This document shows, piece after piece, positions 46,049 through 54,920 of a DNA stretch of 64,000 bases (position 1 is the first letter of the stretch; each line of letters begins with the position of its first letter). The stretch is taken from the NCBI GenBank assembly GCA_002724245.1, contig PBOG01000271.1, positions 17,638-81,637 of the forward strand, in the 5' to 3' direction. The notes below the pieces were generated by a model. That model searched no databases. It was not told where the DNA came from and was given only the letters and a program-made list of their open reading frames with translations. A program made the translations under genes and the position numbers. The DNA is from Planctomycetaceae bacterium (GTDB taxonomy: Bacteria; Planctomycetota; Planctomycetia; Pirellulales; Pirellulaceae).

Positions 46049-48613
46049 CTACTCGTCGTCCAGTTTCTCTTCGAGCTTTTTCAACCGTTCTTCCAGCTCA
46101 CGGTTCCGCTTTCGCAAAGCAGTTGTTTCCTTGCGGAGCGCGTTGAATCCTTTCTCTTTTTCTCGCAAATTAGAAACGGCATCATCATACGCTCTCAATG
46201 CGCCAGCGGTTTCCTCTCGGCCACGATAGCGCAAAAGAACATCGATCGCTGCCGGGTCTCCGATTTTGACAATGGCATTGATCGCCGCTTGGCGGACTGA
46301 CCGCCGGTCATTGCCAAGCTGATCGTACAATTGACGAAGCAACTCCGGGTCTTCCGGATGCAATCGCGCCAACGCCGCGATCACGGCAACCCTGCGGTCC
46401 GGCGTCAGAGATTCCTCCAATGTACTTCGCAACGTCGTCTCCGCACCCTCGGCTTTGATATTGATCAACCCATCGACTGCAGCCCGCAAAATGAGATTCC
46501 GGTAACTATCCTGCTGAAGCGCCTGGAACAAATCATCTGCCACCTGCTCGCGATCCAACGCAACAAGTGATCGCAACGCGGCCGCGACGGCAAAATACGA
46601 CGGATCATCCGCAATGGTTTGACGCAAAGTCGCAATTGTCTCTTCGTGTTTGAAGTTCTTGAGTGCCGCAATTGCCTGACGCCGCACATTAGATTTCTGG
46701 TCATCACGAGAGATCGCGAGCAAAGTCTGACGCACCTGCTCTCCGTTGGCTCCACCCAGCGTCTTGACTGCCTGCTCGCGAACGGCCCAAAACGGATCGT
46801 TACCCGCAGTCGCCACCAAGGCTTCGATCACCTCAGGATCGGCTTTGAACGCAGACAACTTCTCGGCCGCCCTGACGCGCGGCATCACGTGATCGCTATA
46901 GGCGAGCTGATCTAACCACTCTTCGCGACTCTTTACGACAGTGAGTTTCTTGAGAACCCAATCACGCGGATCAAAACAAACGCGAGTTGGTTTCTTGTCC
47001 AGCTGGAAATGAAAGGTCTCTTCGGCTTTGGATACATTCACTCGACGGATCTGTGATGCACTGTGTGACGCCAATTCAATCTCGACCGGCATGCGGAACC
47101 GAGCGGTAAGGTCATCGGTCTTTTGGGTCTGCTTGACTGTCACAGTGACTGTCTTCGTCGCTTCATCCCAGTTCCAATTCACGGAAAACTCGGGATGCCC
47201 CCCATGGTGTACCCACTGATCGAAGAACCAGTTCAACCCCTGGCCCGTAGCATCTTCAACAGCAATGCGCAGATCCGCGGTCTCCACCGTACGGTGCTGG
47301 TTCACCGCGGCATAGCGACGAATCGATTCCCAAAACAACTCGTCACCGAGCACAAACCGTAACATGTGGAGCACCCGGCCGCCCTTCGGGTACGAGTGGC
47401 GGTCAAACATTGCACCCGGTTCACGGTATTGATAGTTGACGATCGACCTGCGGTATCTCCGGTCTTCCGCCTTGTACGATTCGCCATCACGGTGCCTTGT
47501 CCAGGTCGCTTCGTCCCACCCCTGGTCATGCTCCTGCCAAAGCGTTGTGAAGTACGTCGCGAAGCTTTCGTTGAGCCACAGCTCTCCCCAGTCTTTGCAC
47601 GTCAACAAGTCTCCGAACCACTGATGCACCAACTCATGCGCTACCAGTGGGTGACTCGATGTATCGAGATCTGCCCGCCCATCATGCAGGGTGCGAGAAG
47701 TCAAAGTGGTTGCCGATGTGTGTTCCATCCCGCCCCACATATATTCGTCAACGCAGATCTGGGCATACTTCGGCCAGGGATAACGCAATCCAATGCGTTC
47801 CGAAAAATAGGCCATCATCTCCGGTGTCTTCTGGAAAGAGCGCTCCGCGTCTGCCAATCTACCACGCGGCACATAGGAGCGAATTGGAATCCCGTCCCAC
47901 TCCTGCTCATAAACTTCAAAATCACCTGCCACGACCGACATCAGATAGGGAACATGAGATTTGGCTTGAGACCAATGCCAGGTATGCGTTCCATCCTGAT
48001 TGTCAATCTGCTGTTTCAGCGAACCGTTGGAGAGCACTTGAAATGAACTGGGAACCGTAGCGATGATCTCGCTAGTAAGCCGATCGACCGGGGAATCGAT
48101 GCAAGGAAACCAGTAGCGAGCGTATTCCGGTTCACTCTGAGTCCACACCATACGGGGCTGATCCGGTTCACTGACATCAGGAACAACAAAGTGTGCTCCA
48201 TGACGCGGCTTACGCACCTGATAATCGACTTCCAATCGAAACGGCTCACTCCGAGCGAACTCTCGATTGAGCGTCACGACAAGTTCCTGCCCCTGGAATT
48301 CATGTTCCAGTACAACTGCCTCGCCAGCAGTCGTCCCGGTAGCCAAACGTACACGACGCACCCGCATCTCAGCAGCATCCAGGGAAATGCGTTTGAGTGG
48401 CCGGAATGGCAGCAAGTCGAGGACCGCCCGACCGTTCAGGATTTGCTCCTCAAAATCAAACTGCAATTCCAGACGTATGTGTCGCTGGTCAACATCACGA
48501 CTTCGTACCGAGCGGTTGGGCTGCGTAAAGGTCCCGCGACGGTCTCCCTGAGCCCAAAGCATTCCGGTGATCGGCAACAGACAAAACCAAATTTTCACTA
48601 CACGCATCATCAT
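46049..48613 (-). CDS. M1-family aminopeptidase with C-terminal HEAT-like repeats and a coiled-coil tail
   Basis: The ORF runs to 48646, but the likely start is MMMRVVKIW at 48613. It has WGGMEH (GxMEN variant) and HELVHQWFGD...WLNESFA (HExxH-x18-E). The C-terminal third is repetitive and helical. Confidence 0.9.
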   Translation of the reverse strand: MMMRVVKIWFCLLPITGMLWAQGDRRGTFTQPNRSVRSRDVDQRHIRLELQFDFEEQILNGRAVLDLLPFRPLKRISLDAAEMRVRRVRLATGTTAGEAVVLEHEFQGQELVVTLNREFARSEPFRLEVDYQVRKPRHGAHFVVPDVSEPDQPRMVWTQSEPEYARYWFPCIDSPVDRLTSEIIATVPSSFQVLSNGSLKQQIDNQDGTHTWHWSQAKSHVPYLMSVVAGDFEVYEQEWDGIPIRSYVPRGRLADAERSFQKTPEMMAYFSERIGLRYPWPKYAQICVDEYMWGGMEHTSATTLTSRTLHDGRADLDTSSHPLVAHELVHQWFGDLLTCKDWGELWLNESFATYFTTLWQEHDQGWDEATWTRHRDGESYKAEDRRYRRSIVNYQYREPGAMFDRHSYPKGGRVLHMLRFVLGDELFWESIRRYAAVNQHRTVETADLRIAVEDATGQGLNWFFDQWVHHGGHPEFSVNWNWDEATKTVTVTVKQTQKTDDLTARFRMPVEIELASHSASQIRRVNVSKAEETFHFQLDKKPTRVCFDPRDWVLKKLTVVKSREEWLDQLAYSDHVMPRVRAAEKLSAFKADPEVIEALVATAGNDPFWAVREQAVKTLGGANGEQVRQTLLAISRDDQKSNVRRQAIAALKNFKHEETIATLRQTIADDPSYFAVAAALRSLVALDREQVADDLFQALQQDSYRNLILRAAVDGLINIKAEGAETTLRSTLEESLTPDRRVAVIAALARLHPEDPELLRQLYDQLGNDRRSVRQAAINAIVKIGDPAAIDVLLRYRGREETAGALRAYDDAVSNLREKEKGFNALRKETTALRKRNRELEERLKKLEEKLDDE

Positions 48614-48818
48614 CCTCACACTCCCTGCACAAAACCAATCAACCAACTACCTTGGGAACGAATCAGAATAGTCTTCTCGGAACCAGAAAGCGAGTTGCCA
48701 CAAAAACCAACCACCTGCAAGGACGCGACGATTCGATGTCGGCGGGCTGTTTTCGTGGTATAAACAGAAAGAGAAACGGTCGGTATTTTCACTGTGTACT
48801 TGACAGGATCACACCCGG

Positions 48819-50198
48819 ATGACAACGCGACGACAAGCCCTGCAAATCGGCGGTCTCGCGACATTGGGTCTATCCCTGCCGGAGTTGATCGACGCTGACG
48901 ATCGTCACGCTCCACCACGGCGCCAGAAACACGCGCGATCTTGTATCTTGTTTTTTATGGAAGGTGGTCCTGCCCATATTGATTTGTGGGATCCCAAGCC
49001 GTCGGCACCCGTGGAAATTCGTGGGAAGTACAAGCCGATTAGTACTTCAATCCCTGGTCTGCAAATCAGTGAGCGGCTCCCGCACTGGGCACCGATCATG
49101 AAGCACCTCAGCCTGGTGCGTTCGGTGTCACACAACATTGTCGACCACAACGCCAGCAGCTATTACACTGTCACGGGCCAATCTCCCCTCCGTGCTGGCC
49201 AGCTGATTCGCAGGCCCTCGCGTGACAACTTCCCACCCATCGGTTCAGTACTCGCGCATTTGAAACCGACGCGTCAGCCCCTACCAGACTTTATCCACAT
49301 CCCTCAACGGATGTTTAACTGCGGCAGCTTCATTCCCGGGCAATTAGGTGGGTTCCTGGGATTTCCTTTTGATCCTTTCATTACAGGTGACCCGAGTTCC
49401 GGAAATTTCCAGGTGCCCGGCCTGCAACGCCACCCCAGGCTTTCAGCACAACGTCTGGATCAGCGACGGAATCTACTCTCCCGGATTCGACGGGACGGCC
49501 CGCTCGATACATTACCGGTGACTGCTGAATTTCAGGGACAGTATCAACGGGCTTACGACTTGATCACGTCTCCGCAAGCGCGACGCGCTTTTCAGTTAGA
49601 AGACGAACCTGTCGGGGTCCGAACCCGTTACGGAGCGTTCGCTGCTGGGCGCGATTCAGGAAAACTGGCGCACCTGGGATCCTCACTTCTGTTGGCGCGG
49701 CGGCTGATCGAAGCAGGTGTCCGCCTCGTCACGGTGTGGGCCGGACGACAAGTATTCGACACCCATCGTGGGCACTACGCTGAGCTCGACAATGTCATTG
49801 GACCACCGCTTGACCGCGCATTCTCAGCCTTAGTGGAAGATCTCGCCGAACGCGGGTTGCTGGATGAAACGCTGGTCGTGGCGTTGGGTGAATTCGGGCG
49901 AACCCCGCGTTTAGGGCAAATCACTTCTTCGGCCGGGGCAACTGCGGATGGCCGCGACCACTGGGCGCGCTGCTATAGCGTACTACTGGGAGGCGGCCCT
50001 ATTCCAGCTGGTCAATTATTTGGCGCGTCAGATACGCTCGGGGCGTATCCTGCACGTAACCCGGTCACACCCGGTGACATCGCGGCCACCATCTACCAGG
50101 CAATGGGACTTGATCCGCAGAGACGGTTGCGCGATCCACTAAACCGCCCGCATACCCTTGCCGCAGGGAACCCGATCACTCCTTTGCTCGGCGGATAA
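48819..50198 (+). CDS. DUF1501 (sulfatase-like) protein, Tat leader
   Basis: 459-aa ORF with an MTTRRQALQIGG leader and GEFGRTP and GRDHW motifs. Confidence 0.9.
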   Translation: MTTRRQALQIGGLATLGLSLPELIDADDRHAPPRRQKHARSCILFFMEGGPAHIDLWDPKPSAPVEIRGKYKPISTSIPGLQISERLPHWAPIMKHLSLVRSVSHNIVDHNASSYYTVTGQSPLRAGQLIRRPSRDNFPPIGSVLAHLKPTRQPLPDFIHIPQRMFNCGSFIPGQLGGFLGFPFDPFITGDPSSGNFQVPGLQRHPRLSAQRLDQRRNLLSRIRRDGPLDTLPVTAEFQGQYQRAYDLITSPQARRAFQLEDEPVGVRTRYGAFAAGRDSGKLAHLGSSLLLARRLIEAGVRLVTVWAGRQVFDTHRGHYAELDNVIGPPLDRAFSALVEDLAERGLLDETLVVALGEFGRTPRLGQITSSAGATADGRDHWARCYSVLLGGGPIPAGQLFGASDTLGAYPARNPVTPGDIAATIYQAMGLDPQRRLRDPLNRPHTLAAGNPITPLLGG

Positions 50199-50320
50199 AC
50201 CGGCTAGCTGCGGTGCGCTGACAAAACACCGTCTGCTCCCACGGTCGTCCTCCAACATTCACACGATCGGTTTCAGGTATTCCTTGTCAGGCAACTTATG
50301 TTCGAGACCTCCAGGACGAC

Positions 50321-51568
50321 ATGACCACGATCCATGCCATTTCCTCTGTCGCAGCCCGCTTTCCCCTCCCTGCCGGAGCAGGGTCCGATGCGGTGCACAC
50401 CAATCCCGAATACGGGTATGCAGTCACCCGATTGCACACTGCAGACCAACGCTGTGGCTACGGTATTAGCTTTACACTGGGCGCAGGAACGCAACTGGTT
50501 TGTGATGCCATCGAACTGCTCGCTCAGCCACTGGTAGGCTGTGAAATTGAAGAGCTTATGAGCCGGTTTGGCACATTTCAAAAGGAACTGGCAGAACACC
50601 CTCAATTACGCTGGCTGGGACCTCATAAAGGTGTCATTCACCTGGCCCTCAGTTCAATCACCAACGCTTGTTTCGATCTCTGGGCGAAAGCTCGCAAGGT
50701 CCCACTCTGGAAACTGCTGCTGGACCTGGACTCCCAATCCCTTGTTCAGCTCCTCGATCTGTCCTATCTGGAAGATGAATTCAGCCCTGAGGAAGTTGTC
50801 GACTGGCTCGACAGCCAACGCAGCCAACGCAGCACCCGTGAAGCAGTTCTGCAGCGTGGCTACCCTGGCTATGACACCTCCGTAGGCTGGTTCGATTACC
50901 CGGACCAGCAGATTCGAGAAAATGCACTGCGTGCGGTGGATGCGGGATTTGGCGCGATCAAGCTCAAGGTAGGATCTTCCGACATACAACGTGACTTGCG
51001 GCGAGTCACCCTCGTCCGCGATGCCGTCGGCCCAGATATCAAGCTTATGCTCGACGCCAATCAAGCCTGGTCGTTGCCGACCGCCCTCAGTGTGGGAAGT
51101 GAACTCGCAACGCTCGCTCCCTTCTGGATTGAAGAACCAACCCAACCGGACGACATCCTGGCCCATCGACAGCTGGCACACGAATGGGCGCCAACTCCCA
51201 TCGCAGTAGGTGAGTCGATTCCCAATCGCGTGATCTGGAAAAACTACCTCCACAATGGCGCGGTTGGTATTGTCCAAGCTGATTGCACCCGACTGGCAGG
51301 CATTAGTGAGTACCTGACAGTCTCCATCATGGCCGCCCACTACCCTGTCCAAGTCATTCCGCACGTCGGTGACATGGGACAAATTCACCAGCATCTTGTA
51401 CTGTTCAACCACATCGCGTTGGGCCATGATGTAGTCCTGTTGGAACATATTCCTCATCTGCGTGAACAGTTTGTGGACCCTGTTCGCGTGGAACAGGGGC
51501 ACTATGCGGTTCCCCAGGAGCCGGGCACGGGCGCCGCCTTGAAGATCGCCATGGCAGACTCCGTCTGA
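50321..51568 (+). CDS. Enolase-superfamily dehydratase (L-fuconate dehydratase-like)
   Basis: 415-aa ORF. It has the KLKVG, MLDANQAW and IEEP metal-ligand contexts of mandelate racemase/muconate lactonizing enzymes. Length and N-terminal capping domain are fuconate-dehydratase-like. Confidence 0.8.
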   Translation: MTTIHAISSVAARFPLPAGAGSDAVHTNPEYGYAVTRLHTADQRCGYGISFTLGAGTQLVCDAIELLAQPLVGCEIEELMSRFGTFQKELAEHPQLRWLGPHKGVIHLALSSITNACFDLWAKARKVPLWKLLLDLDSQSLVQLLDLSYLEDEFSPEEVVDWLDSQRSQRSTREAVLQRGYPGYDTSVGWFDYPDQQIRENALRAVDAGFGAIKLKVGSSDIQRDLRRVTLVRDAVGPDIKLMLDANQAWSLPTALSVGSELATLAPFWIEEPTQPDDILAHRQLAHEWAPTPIAVGESIPNRVIWKNYLHNGAVGIVQADCTRLAGISEYLTVSIMAAHYPVQVIPHVGDMGQIHQHLVLFNHIALGHDVVLLEHIPHLREQFVDPVRVEQGHYAVPQEPGTGAALKIAMADSV

Positions 51569-51590
51569 CAGATCCAACCGAGGTGACTTC

Positions 51591-53159
51591 GTGTCGTTTT
51601 CGATGAGCGATCGCATTGTCGAAATCGGAATGCTGGTAGGCTATTTAGGCCTGCTCTTGTGGATTGGAATCCGCACGGCGCGGCGCGTCCAGACGGCGAG
51701 CGACTTCACGGTCGCCGGACGCAGCGTTCCCTGGGTCGTCGTGATGGCCACGACTGCGGCCACAATGATTGGTGGTGGAGCGTCGGTCGGTTACGTCGCG
51801 CAAGTCCACCAAATTGGGATCGCTGCAGCAGTGGTAACCATTGCCTGGCATGTACAACTGGTATTTACCGGACTGTTCGTAGCTCCCCGGCTACGCGGCC
51901 TGAACCTGGTCACCGTGGGGGACTATTTTCACTTGAAATTCGGGCCACTGGCCCGCGAAATGGCCGTCTTCAATTGCATCATCTTTCTGGTCGGGGCACT
52001 GGCTGCCCAAATGGCAGCAATCGGTCACGTAACGCATTCGATTCTCGGGCTGGATTATGCCACCGCGCTCTGGATCGGCGCCGTGGTCACCATCATCTAC
52101 TCGACGATTGGTGGAATGCGCGCGGTCATTGCCACCGATGTCCTGCAGTTCGCCATCCTGGTGTTCGGAATCGGCCTGGCATCTGCCTTTGCGTTCTACA
52201 CCACGGGGGGGTTTTCTGGTCTGGAAACCGCGGCTCAAGCCGGTCAGTTTGAACTGACCTCACACCGCTCCCTGCTCCGCACCGGCAGCTTGTTCATCGC
52301 TTTCCTGTTGGGAGAAACCTTCGTCCCCCCCTATGCCGTGCGGTGCTTTATCGCGCGCGATGCCCAGCAAGCTCGCTGGGGGGTGGCAGGTGCCGGACTG
52401 TTCTTATTGCTGTTTTTGCCAACCGCGACGCTGGTCCTGGGCACCGCGGCCCAGGTGGACCCTAGAGTCCAGCAAGAACTGGAACGCGAAACCGACGAGC
52501 TGCTCACACAAGCCCAAACAAATGGAGTGTCTCTGTCACGACCCGAGGCCCGGCAACAGGCCAACCAAAGTGCCTTGCCAACATTGGTGCGAACAACCCT
52601 GCACCCTCTGTTTGCCGGATTGTTGATCGCTGCTATTATCGCCGCCGTGATGTCCTCAGCCGATAGCTGTCTCTCATGCCTGGCAACCGTCATGATGGAA
52701 GATTACTACCGGCGTCACCTCGCGCCGCAGGCGACCGATCCAGCTTGTCTGCGGGTTGCCCGTATGACAACGCTGATCTGCGGATTTGCAGCAGCGATCT
52801 GCGCCTGGTACTTCAGCAATATCGCCAGCATTCTGGAGTTCGTTTACGACTTCTGGGCTCCCACCATGGTCCTGCCTTTCGCTGTTGGACTCTTCTGGTA
52901 CCACCCGCGCCGCGTACCTGCTGTCATCGTCGCCATGGCAACTGGATTTCTCACCGCGCTCGGTTGGCGCATGGGAAGCCAGGCCTTCGCACAAGTTAAC
53001 TGGTTCAAGATACGTCTCGAATGGACTGCGGATCTGTCACCCGCGGTAGTCGGATTTGTCGCCTGCTTGACCGCCTATTTCGTTGCGGTTCTCGTCACTG
53101 GCAATAACTCCACCGGCACGCGCTGGTTCCAACCCGACAACACATCTGCTTCCACCTGA
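51591..53159 (+). CDS. Sodium:solute symporter (SSS) family transporter
   Basis: 522-aa ORF with a GTG start, ~13 predicted hydrophobic segments and a DFTVAGRS motif near the N-terminus. It starts 22 nt after the dehydratase gene. Confidence 0.85.
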   Translation: MSFSMSDRIVEIGMLVGYLGLLLWIGIRTARRVQTASDFTVAGRSVPWVVVMATTAATMIGGGASVGYVAQVHQIGIAAAVVTIAWHVQLVFTGLFVAPRLRGLNLVTVGDYFHLKFGPLAREMAVFNCIIFLVGALAAQMAAIGHVTHSILGLDYATALWIGAVVTIIYSTIGGMRAVIATDVLQFAILVFGIGLASAFAFYTTGGFSGLETAAQAGQFELTSHRSLLRTGSLFIAFLLGETFVPPYAVRCFIARDAQQARWGVAGAGLFLLLFLPTATLVLGTAAQVDPRVQQELERETDELLTQAQTNGVSLSRPEARQQANQSALPTLVRTTLHPLFAGLLIAAIIAAVMSSADSCLSCLATVMMEDYYRRHLAPQATDPACLRVARMTTLICGFAAAICAWYFSNIASILEFVYDFWAPTMVLPFAVGLFWYHPRRVPAVIVAMATGFLTALGWRMGSQAFAQVNWFKIRLEWTADLSPAVVGFVACLTAYFVAVLVTGNNSTGTRWFQPDNTSAST

Positions 53160-53174
53160 TCGAAAGTACTTGAG

Positions 53175-53306
53175 ATGCTGTTGAACGTGCTGACAGCGCT
53201 GCATTACCTGTCACTGGCCACTGCCTGCGCCGCGCTACTCCTGCTGGCCCACCACTATTGGAAAACACGTACGTCCAGAGAACATTCACCCGGTGCCCCA
53301 GACTAA
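53175..53306 (+). CDS. Possible 43-aa single-pass membrane protein (below the ORF-track cut-off)
   Basis: Hand translation gives MLLNVLTALHYLSLATACAALLLLAHHYWKTRTSREHSPGAPD. That is one clean hydrophobic helix followed by a basic/polar tail. It starts 15 nt after the SSS stop. There is no homology evidence. Confidence 0.3.
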   Translation: MLLNVLTALHYLSLATACAALLLLAHHYWKTRTSREHSPGAPD

Positions 53307-53454
53307 ACACCGGCAGCGGGCCACCTGCTCCAGATCGAAAACCACAGATTCCCGACACCAGCTCGTTTTTCTCACAACTGCAGTCAGAATCCGATAGGAT
53401 AGATAGCTGGTGCTGGCAAACCAGAACCTCGATTCCAGTAGTGGAGCGCGATTG

Positions 53455-54867
53455 ATGGCAAAACGTAACTCGCCACTCTCAAGAGTCTCCCGACGATCGC
53501 TGATCGCCGCAGCGGGCGCGCCACTCGTGGGAGCTGGTACGAATCCCTGGGCGTTACTTCAGCGCGCAGTGGCGGCTCCAAAACAAACCGAAACAAAACA
53601 AGCACGCAGCTGCGTGCTGTTCTTTCTGTTTGGCGGACCCAGTCAGATTGATTTGTGGGATATGAAACCCACGGCACCCGTTGAAATTCGAGGGGATTTT
53701 CGCCCTGTCTCGACATCGGTCGCCGGTATCCATGTTTGTGAGCATCTGCCGCAAGTGGCCCAGCAGATGGACAAAATCTGCCTGCTGCGGAGCATGACGC
53801 ACAACATGAACGTCCATGGTCCAGCCTGTAGCGAAGTTTTTAGCGGTCGCGAGTATTTTGGCGCACCCACCACCGACCAGGCCACTGAACAGGACTGGCC
53901 ATCGACAAGCGCAATGGTCATGCGTTACGGACAATCGCATGGCGGATTACCCGCCTCCATCGTGCTTCCCTGGTATTTACAATTTCCCGGACAGGCCCGC
54001 CGGATTGCAGGGCAGACGGGTGCCCGGATGGGCGAACGTTACAATGCAATGCTCGTCCAGGGTGACGACAAGACCTCGCAATTTCAGATCGACGGCTTGC
54101 GTTTGAGAGAAACGCTGCCCCGCACACGGATTCAGCGCCGCAGCCAATTACTGGATGAGTTACTTGATCAGGCGGGTCCAGGAGGCTGGTCCGGAAAATC
54201 CATCGGTGGCTGGCGCCGACATCGCAATCGAGCGCAAACACTGGTCGAACGGCGTGCCGGGCGGTTGCTGGACATCGAACGGGAACCGACGCCAATACGT
54301 GAGCGTTATGGAAAAACAATCGTCGGTCAAAGCCTGTTGATGGCTCGACGCCTGGTCGAAGCCGACGTACCGTTGGTCACCGTAAACTGGATGGACGAAA
54401 CCAAGATTGATGGAGTCAACACCTGCTGGGATACCCATCAGGAGAACTTCCCCAAACTCAAGAATCTCTTGTGTCCCATGTTTGATCAGTCTTTTTCTGC
54501 ATTTGTCGAGGACCTGCATCAACGAGGACTACTTGAGACAACCCTGGTGGTGGCAATCGGTGAATTCGGGCGGACTCCACACATGGGACAATTCAGCCAA
54601 AGCAGTAACACGCAAAAAACGGGGCGAGATCATTGGCCCAGCGCGTTTACCGCGCTCCTCGCCGGTGGTGGCGTAAGAGGTGGGCAGGTGTACGGTGCCA
54701 CCAACCCCCACGCAGCCTTTGTGGCCGATAAACCGGTCTCTCCTGCTGACCTGGTAGCAACCATTCTCGACCATCTGGGAATCGATCCAACCCAGCATTA
54801 TGTCGACGAACTGCAAGGCTTGAATCACGCGTTGAGCCCCGGGCGAGCCCTCCGCGACCTCGGCTGA
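53455..54867 (+). CDS. DUF1501 (sulfatase-like) protein, Tat leader
   Basis: The ORF starts at 53410, but ATG 53455 gives MAKRNSPLSRVSRRSLIAAAGA. It has GEFGRTP and GRDHW motifs. Confidence 0.9.
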   Translation: MAKRNSPLSRVSRRSLIAAAGAPLVGAGTNPWALLQRAVAAPKQTETKQARSCVLFFLFGGPSQIDLWDMKPTAPVEIRGDFRPVSTSVAGIHVCEHLPQVAQQMDKICLLRSMTHNMNVHGPACSEVFSGREYFGAPTTDQATEQDWPSTSAMVMRYGQSHGGLPASIVLPWYLQFPGQARRIAGQTGARMGERYNAMLVQGDDKTSQFQIDGLRLRETLPRTRIQRRSQLLDELLDQAGPGGWSGKSIGGWRRHRNRAQTLVERRAGRLLDIEREPTPIRERYGKTIVGQSLLMARRLVEADVPLVTVNWMDETKIDGVNTCWDTHQENFPKLKNLLCPMFDQSFSAFVEDLHQRGLLETTLVVAIGEFGRTPHMGQFSQSSNTQKTGRDHWPSAFTALLAGGGVRGGQVYGATNPHAAFVADKPVSPADLVATILDHLGIDPTQHYVDELQGLNHALSPGRALRDLG

Positions 54868-54920
54868 CGCGCCGCCTCAAATCTCAGCCTGCTGCCGAAC
54901 AAACTCACCCAGAATCGACC

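Noticed and set aside
50808-50828. Direct 9-nt repeat cagccaacg x2 (encoding SQRSQR) in the dehydratase gene, and the HSFAPHSFAP duplication at the start of the PSD gene (~34850-34882)
   Set aside because: These are two-copy micro-duplications within coding sequence. They are too short to be functional repeat elements.
50654-51616. 320-aa minus-strand ORF
   Set aside because: It lies antisense to the enolase-superfamily dehydratase, which has the KLKVG/DANQAW/EEP motifs. The antisense product has no motif and an odd composition.
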